Positions 22,055 to 35,255 of a stretch of 64,000 nt of DNA are shown here, in pieces; the first letter of the stretch is position 1, and each line of letters opens with the position of its first letter. The notes under the pieces are model-generated. The model saw only the letters and a program-made list of their open reading frames with translations, searched no databases and was not told the DNA's origin. This stretch comes from Macrostomum lignano (lineage: Eukaryota). The stretch lies in the NCBI GenBank assembly GCA_002269645.1, contig NIVC01000871.1, positions 1 to 64,000 of the forward strand, read 5' to 3'. The position numbers and the translations under genes were made by a program.

Positions 22055-25000
22055 GATTTATGATGCTGATTATTGTTGCTATGAAAATTTTCAATTAATG
22101 TCAGCAGTAAGCAAAATGTTAAAACCAAAGCCGAATTATATTTATGATTTTTTAATCACTAATATGTACTTTTGAGTACCAAGTCATCAGGCTGGGTCTA
22201 TGAAATTTGCTAGCAAGAAATTTGCCAGCCGAAGCTTGATAGCAGGGATTTAGCTAGCCGAAATCTGCTAGCGAGAATCCAACCAAAACCGGCAAGCAGC
22301 AATTTGGCTAGCCGAACTCAGGAAGTTGTACGCTCGTAATTAGCTAGAGACAATTTGCTTGTCCAGTTTAGCAAGATTTTCACTAAGTCCTGTATAGCGT
22401 CACTCCACTTTTACCTTTACCAATCCTCTTCAAATTGGACACAATCAGTTTTCAACTATTTTGACACAATCGTGTATAAAGTTTCGAGTCTCGAAGTTAA
22501 TTCTGAAAGGCACTGTGTACTTTTAAAGTTAGGCTGCTTTTTGTCAACGAGACAGCCACCCCAACCTCCGCCTCTTTCCTTCCTGACCACTGGAGAGATA
22601 TGTGAAAGGGGTCTTTTTTTGACACTGGTTGCAAGAAGTTCTTGTATTCCACATCAGGCTAGATATAATTATGATTTACAATAGGTACCTTGAATAGTTC
22701 ATACAATCTGAGTTGTTGTTTACTTTTCCACTTTGCTATTTTTCATTTAATGAATTGGTTTTTATTACTTTGTCAGGCTAGCATTTTGTTATTAATAAAT
22801 TGTTAATTTTGTTAAAATCCTCATTTTACCTACCTGGTAATTATAGACTAGATAAAGTTAATTTTAAAGACATTGAAAGCAAATATTTGCCCTATAAAAT
22901 TTCTATAAGCTATTTAGTAAAAAATGTTATTTAATAAAGCCTTATATATACCCTGGTATATATTATGATTTATAGTGAGAATTATTTGTATGAGTGGCTG
23001 GAAGGAAGTTATGATATGGATTCTAAGACATTCTTTAGTTTCATTATAGGGCTATGGGGCCTAATTTTAAAATATTAAATAAAACCCTGTTATTAGTCAG
23101 AATGTTTTTGCCACTTTTAAAATAAAATTTTTTTAGCCTTGGTAACCTAAAAAATGATTCTTGTTCTAATAATCCTTAGGTCCTAGGACTAAAAGGTATA
23201 ATTGGAGTTTGGTAGGTAGTAGGTCTAAGTTAAGATTTAAAATTTAAATTAAAACAATTTTTATTCAAAGCTGGGGGGCAATTTATTATCTATATTTTTA
23301 TGAAACCTCTATAGATAATATATTTTGTACAATATATAAAGTGGCATAGTACTATTTCATATTTCATAATAGAATTATAAAAGGCCAATATTTATTTATT
23401 TATTTATTACAATAAGGGATAATTTAGAATGCTAATTTTTTAAAGTTATAATATTCACAAAATACCAAATCTCTAAGGTATGTCTGACTAGTATTTCAGT
23501 TTATATCCTAAATGCATAAACCATTTTTCTAACTTGCTCTATTCAAATGCATATTCTTGCAAATCCATATACTAAAATTGTCTATTGATAGATATTTATC
23601 TAGGTATCTAGGTAGGTATATGATTGATTTTAACAAAAACACTTAATCAATTTCCTTACAACTTGCATTGTTTAATCAGAAATCATATTTTAAAATCAGA
23701 TCTTTAACATAATTTTGGATTATAGCAGTAGCTATTCTGCCATAGCAGTAGCTACAGATACTGGTATGCCTATGGTAGCTAGCTGCTCTTACAGCTATAA
23801 CTATAGAAATGTGGTAGTTGCTGTCATATTTCGTAGATTCTTACAGCTGTAGAACTAATAATTTTAATTTTTTTAAATTGAAAAAATATTAGAAACAGGT
23901 AGAATTTAAAAAAATACTTTAGTAAACTATATTGTCAACTTAGAAATTTATAAAATATACTTAAAAAGTACAATAAAACACTAGCAAACTCTAATTTTTA
24001 TTAATGTAAAAAAGTTCAGCATTAGTATTTTCAGTAACAATTAAGTATTGTTGCTCTGAAAAAAGACAAAATATAATCTTACAAAGGCAACTGAATGTTT
24101 CTTTTATTTTTTAACTTACTTGCAGTTGTTTAGCCTTAGGCACTAGGTTATCTTTTTGATTCAAAATATTTCGTTTTTTAGACTTTTTGTTAAAACTATG
24201 GCTACAGCTATAAGAACTATAGGAATATGATAATATTGGGGTCCCTGTGGCCCAGGGTCAGGATCGTGTACCACTGTACGCTGGAACAAAAATTACTTCC
24301 GTAGCTCATGCATGCCAATGTACGCCAAAAAACTTTTTATTGCATACAAAAATACACCAAAATAAAAATTACAAATTACAACTAATATTAAAAGCTTGCA
24401 AAATTTTAATATTTAATCAACCTATGTGTTAGAACTGTAAATCTTTTTACTAAACTATAGAGAACTAGTTCATTTTAACTATTTTTGTTTTACGTTTACT
24501 TTCTTGGAAAGGTTAAGCCCAGTTTTTTTAATTTAGTTTTCCATTTTTTTTGTAAAGGGCCAGCTATTCTTTCTGATCAAAATTTAGCTACTGTAACTAC
24601 GTACAAGGAAACTATGCCAAATGCAAACTTAATCATTTTGTATGCTAATTATGTAAATTGATTGTTGGGACTTGGAACTTTTGGTTCCACCTGCTGGTCT
24701 TGGCAATCTTTATATGCCAAACTATACGCCAAGAGGGCATGCCAGGCGCCTTTGTATGCCAAGTTGTACGCCAATGTGTAATCTAGGTCCCTCTATATGC
24801 CGGAATTTTCCAGTATACATGTATACCATTTGGAGGCAGAGTCTGGCCTGTGGCTACGGAATACAAAGAATTGGAATAAGCCATAGTTTTGCTTATTTAT
24901 GGCTATGGCTATGGTACATAGACCCTCCTAATGGTAGAATACTAGCAATAGCTAATAATAACATATAAATGATTTATACATAGTACATAGATTGTTCCTA

Positions 25001-25237
25001 AAATTTATTCTAGTATATACTTATCACCTTCTATAAAACTATATTAAGAAGATCAAACTAAATTAGTCAATTTTCTATATATTAATATTAGGACAAAGGT
25101 TAATAATAGGGCTTATATAATTGAAAATAGGCCAAATCAAATTTTTTTAAATATATTGATATTAAACTTTCATATAACATTTATAGAACAATTGGCACTT
25201 AGTGACAAAAAGTTAGCTAAATGATCTAGCCTTATAG

Positions 25238-28200
25238 TAGAGGTCGGACGAGCAAAAATTTTTGGGTCGGGCGTGAGTAGTCGTGAATAATTTCAGCTTT
25301 GCCGTGATCGTGATCGTGATCGTGATTGGTTCGTGAAAAATTAAAAGTAAAAAATTTCCGTTCAAATTTTGTTTTTTTTTCTTCAAATTTGAATTTTTCT
25401 ATCAGTTAATGTGTTTGATTCTATTTTTAAGTGCTTCTATACCATCAGCTTATACCATCTGCATCTGCCCATCTGGCTTTCTTCTCTGGTTGAGAAGGAA
25501 CTCAGAGTCTGGCTGAGAAGTAAGAAGTTCTTACTTCTTAGACATTTGTGTTGCTTTTTGGCTTTCTCAAAGCTCAAACTAAGCTGAAAGCTGTAACTAT
25601 TTAGTATTTTTATTTTTAAATTTTTAATTTAAAAGTAGTATTTGCTACTATTACTATTTTAGAATTTAGTATTAAATAAATAGTTAAAACAAAAATTTCA
25701 TTTCATTTTGATCATGAATTTGCATATTTGAGTTTTTCTTTCTTCTTATTATTTTTATGCTATAATAATGTATAAATAGATTAGATACTATACAGATAGA
25801 TAGTAGATACTAGAGCATAATTTTATAATCTGATTGTCTAATAGTTATTTAGTAATTATAATTTATAACTAATAATTTTTAATATATAAGCATAGTATTT
25901 TTTTACTAAAATAAATTGCTGTAAATTAAAAATTAAGGTTGACTAAGTCTAAGTACTAAGTAGCAAATATACTTGATGGATATGCTAAATTAAATTGTTA
26001 TTTGCTATTGTTATTGTCATTTGTTAATAGTAATAATAATAGTCAAACACAAATATTAAATACTTTTTCTTCTTGAATTGAATTGAATAATGAATAATAT
26101 TCAATATTCAATATAGTATTAACTATTATGTACTAGTACTATCATGTGGTACACTGGTATATTGAATATGTATGCCTGATTGCCTGATGCATAGTAGTAT
26201 ATTTCTAATCTATATGGTTAGTCTAAAAATATTTTTTTCTAGCCTATTTGACTTTAAAGTCTGTAGTGACTTTACATTTACACTATACTGCTATACTATG
26301 CAATATTTTATTTAAAATATAAATAAATATTTTAATTTAAAATAATATAATACTTGTTTTTTCTTTGCTTTTCTACCTAGCAAATTAAAATAGGCAATTA
26401 CACAATATTACATTACAATTTACAATTTACAAATCAAACAATTTCAGCCATTCATTTGCAATGGCCTCTGTTGATAAGCCAACCCAGCAACCTCGAGGAA
26501 GAGGCAGTGCTGTGTGGTTGTACTTTAAAGACGTTGAAGGAAAAGAGAATTCTGCTGCTTGCCTAGCTTGTAAGAAGGAGGTTCTACGAAACACAGGATC
26601 AACAGGCAGCATGCGAAGACACATAGAATCCTGCCATCCAATTCAATTCAAAGAGCTCCTAAACACTGAGGCAGATCGTGCAAAGCCAAAATGTAAAGAT
26701 GGACCACAACCATTGAAGCAGCAGAAGTTGAGCACAATGTTTGCTCAAGCAAATGCTCAAGAATGGTCGGATTCGCACCCTCGTTCGGTTGCAATTGATC
26801 GAAAAATTCTCCGCTTTATTGTGTTGGATTCACAGCCATTCTCTGTGGTAGAAGGTGAAGGCTTTCGCGATCTGTTGAAAGAAGCATGTCCGCAATATCG
26901 ATTGAAGAGCACTCGATTTTATCATGACAAGCTAGAGACTCTCTATGAAGAAATTAAATTGCAGGTCCAGGACGAAATAGACAGACTGCGAGATTTCGGT
27001 TTCACGTGTGACTTGTGGAGTGACGGCCAGTTGGCACTCATGTCCTTCACAATCCATTCTATCACGCCAGATTTTGAGCGTAAGCAGCTTTTACTGTGCG
27101 TAAAGCCATTCACTGATGCCCATACTGGGCTTAACATCTCGGCCGTTTTTTCGACAACCCTTGGTGAGTGGGGCATTGGCTTAGAGCAAGTCAGCCTCCT
27201 CCTGCGTGATGGGGCCAGCAACATGAAGCTTGCAGGAGAACTTCTGAAAGTACCATCTGCTTATTGTGCTGCCCACAAGCTGAACCTTGTTGTTAAGGAT
27301 TCCATCTCCGGTCATCGAGGACTGAAGACAATACTTGACAAAGCACGGAGCATTGTTGGCCACTTCCACCACTCTGTAACCGCTCAAGCAAACCTCAAAA
27401 CACTGCAGCTCCAGCTGAAGCTACCAACACACAGCCTCGTGCAAGATGTAGACACACGCTGGAATTCAACACTAGCCATGTTACGCCGAATCAACGAGCA
27501 AGAGGAAGCGTTTAGTGTCTATCGCACCAGACACCGACCAATTGAAATCCTGATGGACAATGAGTCAGATGTTTCAAAGAAAGCTGTCAAACTTCTTGAG
27601 ATTTTTGAGGTTTTTACGCTAGAAGTCAGCAGGGAAACTGCCAGCATCTCGTGTATCTTGCCGATGGTGAAAGTGTCGCTGGAGCATCTGCAGCAGGTAG
27701 ACTGCTTTGGCATCACGTACCTTCGAGACGACCTGGTGAAAGGGTTGACTCAACGCTTCTCTGACGAAAAAAAGAGTCACTACCACATTGTTGCTACGAT
27801 GTTAGACCCACGCTTCCGGCTAGATTTTTTCGATGAAGAGCAGCGCAACTTTGCTAAGGCTGAGCTCGTAAAAGCAATGAATGAAATTTTGCGTGAAACT
27901 TCTCTTCCTACTGTTGATGGCGATACAGCCATAGACGAGGACCTCTCCGATGTATCTATCGAAACTGAGCCGTGAGTATTTCCTCTATTTCATAATTCAA
28001 TGTACATGTACATGTAACAAAAAAATTAAATTATAAATTACATTTGCTACATCTGTAAGTTATAAATTTTATAACTAATATATCAAAGTTCTCTTTGTTT
28101 TAACTTTTAACTTTTAATTTCACCTTTTTAGACAAACTGAGTCTCAGCCTCAGCAGCTATCTATGTCAGCCCTGTTCGAGAAGTCTTCTACTTCTAGTGC

Positions 28201-29451
28201 TGCAGCTGCAACTCTGCGTGACCTGTCTAGGGCCGGAACGCTACTGCCAGTTTCAAACAGAGGCAATGCTATGGACAAGTTGGCTCGTGAAATGGCAGCC
28301 TACCTATCAGAGCCTCGACTTCCATTTGAGGAAGACCCAATGAAGTTCTGGAGAGACAAGACTCCATCAACTGCAATGTCAGCACTTGTTCGGAAATTTC
28401 TGGGACCACCACCTACCAGTGTTCCAAGTGAGCGTATCTTCAGCAACGTTGGAAACATCTACGAGCCGAAACGACGTCGCCTGCTTGGCGAAACCGTTGA
28501 AAAGCTTGTTTTTATTAACTATAATGTTCGGAAGTTTGACCCATAGAGAAATGAGCAGGGTCCATTCAATTCATTGCTGTTATTGCTGATTAGTGATTAG
28601 TTTTACTTTTTTGAAGATTGAGATCAGAGAGACAAGATAATGATAGAGAAAATAAATAATCAAAGACTATAGAACAAGTAGAGTTGGAGCTACAAGAAAA
28701 AGTTTATCGATAAGGAATAGATAACTGTTGCTATAGTGTGTAGCTGTGTACTCTGTAGTCTGTAGACTCTGTAGTATGATTTTTTGCATGTAGCTAGTAT
28801 AGTATAGATTAGACTTAAATTAGTCATTGTAATAACACTATATGTGTAGAACGTAAAAGTAAAGTAGTAAACCTACATGTACTCTTTTATACTTCATATT
28901 CATACACTGATAAGCTTTTCTGTTTTTCACTTTTCACTGTTTTCAGTTCTGTAGGCAGCTAAGCAAGTTAACAAACACTTGTCTGTACATGTCATGTACT
29001 ATCATGTAGTGAAATTTATATACAGTCATACATATATACAATTTATATTTTCATTCAGTGCTTTTCAGTTTTAATTTTACATTTTACAAAATAAACAAAA
29101 GATTGAAAAGAATAAGGCAGTAAGCTTTGAACTTCGAAAATCCACTTTAACTTCGAACTTTCTGAACTAAGTAAAGTAAACTGAAAACTCTATTCTGTAA
29201 GTTTTGTGTTAAAACACATTCGTTGTATTTGAAAAGAAAAACAAAAACCAAGTAAGTCTACATTTAGGACTGTACACGATTGTGGTTTGGGGAACTGAAA
29301 AGTATAAACATAGTAACATCTGAAGCTGAAAGAAACCCACAATCACGATCACGCACGTGAAAAATGTTTCACGACTCGTGAATTCACGACACTGAAAAAG
29401 GTCGTGAATTCACGATATCGTGATCACGATCGTGATCACGTCCTACCCCTA
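25238..29451 (+). mobile_element. Full-length hAT (Ac-like) DNA transposon, 4214 bp
   Basis: Perfect 8-bp TSD CCTTATAG at 25230..25237 and 29452..29459. 13-bp TIRs TAGAGGTCGGACG / TAGGGGTAGGACG (2 mismatches). Subterminal CGTGAT/TCACGA repeats at both ends; internal transposase gene. Confidence 0.95.
26461..28546 (+). CDS. hAT transposase with BED zinc finger; exons 26461..27971 and 28132..28546 (641 aa)
   Basis: BED finger (SAVWLYF...CLACK...STGSMRRHIESCH), catalytic D (FTCDLWS), D (LRDGASNM), CAAH, TRWNST, E in SVPSERIFS, and the hATC dimerisation tail. Phase-2 GT-AG intron joins the two ORFs with no stops. Confidence 0.95.
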
Positions 29452-30830
29452 CCTTATAGCTAGCATAGCCTTATAGCTAGATCATAAGGCCTACTATCAA
29501 ATGTATTATTTAGAATGAATATATACATTTTTAAAAATTGGTAATTTTTAGCAATAAGTTTTTTATAAAGTTAGTCTTTGTTAGATTTCTACATGAAATA
29601 TCAGTAAAAGTATATAAGTAATAGGAACATTAGAAACCTTTTTAAAACTTTTAATGGCAAAAAATGAGATTTGAAGAGAGAAGTTTGACCTTTATATCAA
29701 CTTGGTAATAACATTCTAAAAGGCAGAAGTAACCCCTAGCCTACGAAAATATTGGTGCCTATGCCTAACTTGTAATACAAGAAAGAGGCCTACATCACTA
29801 TTACTTGACTCAAGTCTCAACTCCAGGCATATATTATATCTAGAAAACTTATATTTTACTATTTTAATTAATAAACTATTAATCTATTATAATATGTGCT
29901 GTTAACTATATTGGGTAGGCCTATATATAATAAGGTTTTTAAACTAGTATAAAAATAGTTGACCATAGCATAGCAATTGTTCTACCCAATGATGAATGTA
30001 TATAATTTGCTATTGATGATCACATATGGCCTAGGCCTAATAACCAGTCATTTTAGCAAAATAATATTGGCAAAAAATGTTAGCAAAAAGTTATTTTGGT
30101 AATCAATGTTTTGGCAAAAAACTTTTGTTTTGCCTTTTCTTTTTATATTTAAATATTTTTGTAGCAATAAACTCAATAAAATAGCAATAAGATTTGGGTG
30201 TCAGTTTTAAATAAAAAATTAAAATGTGTTAAAGATTCTAGTAAAAACTTTTAGTGCAATAGTACTTATAATTATATAAGACAGAAGAATTTAGCTTTTC
30301 AATTCATTCTTTAATCTTGATGTAGTACTAACTCTGAAGTGCAGTCATGCATATATAGACTTTACGCATATGTCATGATGATTCACAAGCAGTTATTAAT
30401 TCCATTAGTGTAATTTTAAGTTTGAACCTTTTTTCTTTTCCAGAAACCATAATAATTTTAATAATGGATTGCAATAAAGCAGCATAAAATAACGTTAAAA
30501 CTAAATTTATTTTAAAATTTGCACAACCTTTTAAATTTTTCATGCTTTTCTTTATTAAATCAACTTTTTTGTCTTACCATAAAAAATTTTCTAAAAATTC
30601 CGGTATGAAAAAAACGGATGCATGCAAATTCGGCGATAAACAAATTCGGCGACAAACAAATTCGGCGACATAATCATAATTACAAGTTAAGCCAAAATGA
30701 GTGCCTGGAGCGCTTGGAGTGCCTCTATAGTGCTATAAAAGGAGTGTCTGTAGCGCTGAAAGGAGTGCCTGTGGCGCCAAAATGATCGGTGCTTGCGGCG
30801 CCAAAATGAGTGCCTGCGGCGAATGTGTGC

Positions 30831-32513
30831 TGTAGCGTACTTTAATAACTTTCCCGATCGATTTCTTCAGATATTCTAAAAGTCAAAAACTATTTCCAGA
30901 AACTTCTTTGAGTTAGCAGCTAATCTATAACATACGCATATAAATAGTAAATAATTAATTATCACTTAAGTATTAATGTTCTAATTATATTTACGTAATG
31001 TATATAATTAAAGAGTTATTTCGCTTTGTTAAAATTAGCTGAATCTTTCTAGAAATTTCCGGAAGGCAATAACAAAGCTATAAATACACGGCGGCGGCAG
31101 TGAAACAAATCACTCACTCTCCCCTTGTTTTCTCTTTGATCTAAGTTACGTTGGTAAATAACTAAATGAACCACCGCCTTGCTCTTATTCAATAATCAAT
31201 TAAAGAAAATTCTACAATGGCCCGGTGAGGCGTCGAGCGATCTCTTTCAGAATGCGTGTGCATACGCACGCCCGTGACCGCTCATCATGCCATCATTCGC
31301 GATCAGCACCGCCGTCGCTACCAACGCCGAAACATAGCACACCACTGTCTACTGCCCAGCGTCATCACTTCTCAGCGTGTCTCCCGTCGCCGTCATGTAA
31401 TATAAATTTAGCTAAACCGTCGCCAACCTCCCTGTTCCCACATCTAAAAACGACACGGTATCTCGTCGGTGACCAAATAAACTACGCCTACACGGGCTCA
31501 CGAACGGCCATCCGATCGAGCCATCCGCGCAGCTACATGTATGACCTCCACGTATACGTACCAGCGACATCAACCGCAGCACCGCGCAGACGCGACGTTA
31601 GCACTGGGTCTCATCCGTCGCGAAAAACTCAATTAGCAATCCACAATAAACCGGCTGGCACTACTGGCGAGTCTACACATTGCAACCTTCTACGAGGTTC
31701 CTCGATAAGCCGGTGGTCAACCAGTTGGCCTAACCCGGACGACACCCTTGAATCTTCTCGGTTCTGTTTCAGCCGCAGAGCGACTACCCGCCTTGATCCC
31801 TGGCGCCTATCCGTAGTTCGGGAGTCGTCTGTCTGCAAACCGGCAATAACCCGCAGGTCGTTCCAAACTACAGCGACAAACCGCCATCCTGGAGCAGGGC
31901 CGCAGAGACCACGGACTTGTTAACCGCCATAATGTACAATCAGTCTGAACTCCTCGACCGCAGTGCGAGCCCAGCTGCCCCTATCCGTCTCGCGGTGAAC
32001 CCAGTCGTCATCTGTATTAATTTTCAGCAGCGTAATTTCAACCTGGACTTTATTCACGGTAACCCAGCAACTAATTAACATTAATTAACCGTCATACCTT
32101 AGGGACTCCGTCTCCCGTGGGGGGAACTGTTGTAGCGTACTTTAATAACTTTCCCGAAATTTCTTCAGATTTCTAAAAGTCAAAAACTATTTCCAGAAAC
32201 TTCTTTGAGTTAGCAGCTAATCTATAACATACGCATATAAATAGTAAATAATTAATTATCACTTAAGTATTAATGTTCTAATTATATTTACGTAATGTAT
32301 ATAATTAAAGAGTTATTTCGCTTTGTTAAAATTAGCTGAATCTTTCTAGAAATTTCCGGAAGGCAATAACAAAGCTATAAATACACGGCGGCGGCAGTGA
32401 AACAAATCACTCACTCTCCCCTTGTTTTCTCTTTGATCTAAGTTACGTTGGTAAATAACTAAATGAACCACCGCCTTGCTCTTATTCAATAATCAATTAA
32501 AGAAAATTCTACA
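30831..32513 (+). mobile_element. Non-autonomous LTR retroelement (TRIM-like), 1683 bp; LTRs 30831..31216 and 32131..32513
   Basis: Two near-identical 386/383-bp direct repeats with TGTAG...CTACA termini and a 4-bp TSD GTGC on both sides. PBS-like TGG... begins 1 nt after the 5' LTR; purine tract GGGGGGAA precedes the 3' LTR; TATAAA within the LTR. The 914-bp interior has no recognisable gag/pol. Confidence 0.9.
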
Positions 32514-32679
32514 GTGCCTGGAGAGCTAAAATGAGCGCTGACAACACCGATTCTAAAAATTTTGTCGAACAATATAGTTTTAGTTTTATCCCATCTAGAT
32601 CCCACCCACACAGCGGATTCTATACATGATCGAACCCATGCCAATGAAGTACATGTACGTACAATTCGTCACTCATCCT

Positions 32680-33056
32680 ACCGCGACACTCACCCTTCTG
32701 CGCTACTCACCCTCAGTCTGCACGCTCCTGCGCCATTCACCCTTCCGCGACACTCACCCTCCTATGACACTCACCCTTCCGCGACACTCACCCTTGCCGC
32801 GACACTCACCCTTCCGCGACACTCACCTTTCCGCGACATTCACCCTCCCGCGACACTCACCCTACCGCGACACTCGCCCTCCCGCGACACTCACCCTCCC
32901 GCGACACTCACCCTACCGCGACACTCGCCCTCCCGCAACACTCACCCTCAGTATGCACGCTCCCGCGCCATTCACCCTCCCGCGACACTCACCCTCCTGC
33001 GACACTCACCCTTCCGCGACACTCACCCTCCCGCGACTTTCACCCTCCCGCGACAC
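32680..33056. repeat. 16-18-bp minisatellite (CCGCGACACTCACCCT)
   Basis: Visible tandem units. Confidence 0.88.
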
Positions 33057-34147
33057 GATTCTAGTAAACTTCACCTAAGGAGTTGCCTGGTTGTTCGTCC
33101 GATACACGAAACTGCGGCCGCTTCCGCCGCCGACTTCGTAGTCCAGGGAGGTCGAGCCGCCCGGCCGTCTGGCCCCCAACGGTGCACAGTTGGGTGTCGG
33201 CTGTCAGCTAGGTTGACTCTGGCGCTCACCTGGGCTCCTGGGCCACCTGTGGTGCTCGTCAAGGTGTTGCTGCCTCCTCTGGCTCTGGCAGCTTCAATCA
33301 GGTGCAGCCGCTTGAAGCAATCAGGATGGCTTTGATTGGTCCGTTTCTGCCTGAGCTGCTGTCTGCAATGCAATGGACACGGCATTTGGTTCCACTGTTA
33401 TCAATTAGTTAATCTGTTGATTCAGACTAACGGATGTCGAATGGTGAATGGGTTTGTTTGAGCATTTGTGCTCGACAAACAGAAATATCAAATTTATCTG
33501 TTTCTTTCTGCTCAATATATTTAACTTTACCTACGTGGAGGTGAAGAATGCTTGCCGCTATCTGATTTTCAGTTTCGAAAGTTGAGCCAATACATTTAAG
33601 AGCGCTACTCGTGCATGCTTGTGTACTCAGCAACATTGAAAAGTCGCCACTCTATGCGCCAGTAAGCAATTTCTCTTGGACTATTCTGAAGTAAAAGATA
33701 GAGAAAACATTTCACGCCCACATTTTCATGCATATCTCATAGCTAAGATTTTGACAGGACAATGGTGCGAGTAGACAGTTGAACAGACAAGTTGAAGAAA
33801 GGGCTACTTTTTAATGGACTTCATAAATCTATGCATCAAGTAAGTTGGGCTGCATAGCCACAGACTTTGACAAAAGTCTTTGGTGGGGTTTATTTGCATT
33901 AAGCTGCATCTCCTCTTCTCCCAGTCACTTATACAGCGATCCAGCTGCAGGGATTGATTTGTCCTCTAGAAGATATCAGGTACTCTAATTCCCTGCATGA
34001 ATGCGTAGATGCAAAATTGCTAGCATTTCATCTTTCGCTTGGACAAGGATTTTTTCAAGTTGGCTAGAAATTTCCAAGTTATTTTATTAAATATACTCAG
34101 AAACATTGAAAAGTCGCCACTCCATGTGCCAGTGAGCAATGTATGAT

Positions 34148-34268
34148 TATCGAGAGGTCACGCTTCACACACAACACACACACACTTCACACACAACACA
34201 CACTTCACACGTCGAGCCTACGGCCTCGACGCTATCGCAGTTAGTGTGTGAAGTGTGACCTCTCAATA
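34148..34268. mobile_element. Small MITE-like inverted-repeat element, possible TA TSD
   Basis: Left TATCGAGAGGTCACGCTTCACACACAAC versus reverse complement of right TATTGAGAGGTCACACTTCACACACTAAC; internal hairpin GTCGAG..CTCGAC. Confidence 0.6.
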
Positions 34269-35255
34269 GTGGAATTGTGTTTATTTTCGTCAAAAACCAA
34301 TTCAAAACGGCTAGGACACAACTTCCCAGACGGGAATTGTTCACTAAGTGATTCTAGAGATTTGTGTCATAGGCATTTTTTACTTGGCGCAAGCCAAGTG
34401 ATGGCCATAGACTAAACATCTGGAACGAAAAGTTAAGCGGAACAGTCTGAAATTACCATAGACGAAACATGTTAAATGAAGTTGTGGTTTTGAGAAAACA
34501 CATTAAGGCACACCAGGACACATTGAGGAACTCCCATCGAAATACACTAAGACACACCAGTCAGGACACACACGTGGGCACACTAAGCTATCAAGACACA
34601 TTAAACATGCATCAGTAAGCAGTCGGGACCCGGGATCCACATTGTAGTGATGTGTGCTCATACAATTTTTATAGCTAATCAAATACATGTAGTTTGAAAT
34701 AAACTACAAGCGTATTAAATAAACCACTACAAAATTCACTCAATGTTATGTTAATTGATAATTTTCAGCGGCATTAGTACCGTACTTTATTTTAATTTTT
34801 GGCGAAACCCTCACCTAAAAGTTCTAAATTTAAAAGTTCTCACGGTTTATGTAAACTTAAACACTTTGCTAAACCGCGCTGGGGAGAGTCAGTTTGCTCA
34901 GCTAACTAAATATTACTATTATATAGAAAGTGGACTGGGGGGACTGTGCTCAGAACTTATATATCGTTGAGTATATAAGCTCTGAGCACAGACAGAAGAG
35001 CAGGAGGAATCAATATTTGAGCTCCGAAAAAAAGTTTCTTAAATCTGTAAAAACTTTAAGAGGAAAAACTGTGTTTCAACTGCATAAGGAGAGTAATTGA
35101 ACCGTCAGCTTCTCCATCCCTCATGGATTAACCAATCAGATCAGAGCGGAATATCTGTGCATCCAGTAACTGCACTGTGAAGCTATAAATCAAGGACTTG
35201 TGAGTGGATGCCAAGTTTAACCGCCTAAAAATCTGAGTTCTAAATAGCTTCAACA

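Noticed and set aside
31225-31923. 232-aa ORF inside the LTR element as a gag protein
   Set aside because: It starts at GTG, is Ser/Arg/Pro-rich, and has no CCHC knuckle, capsid, protease or RT motif.
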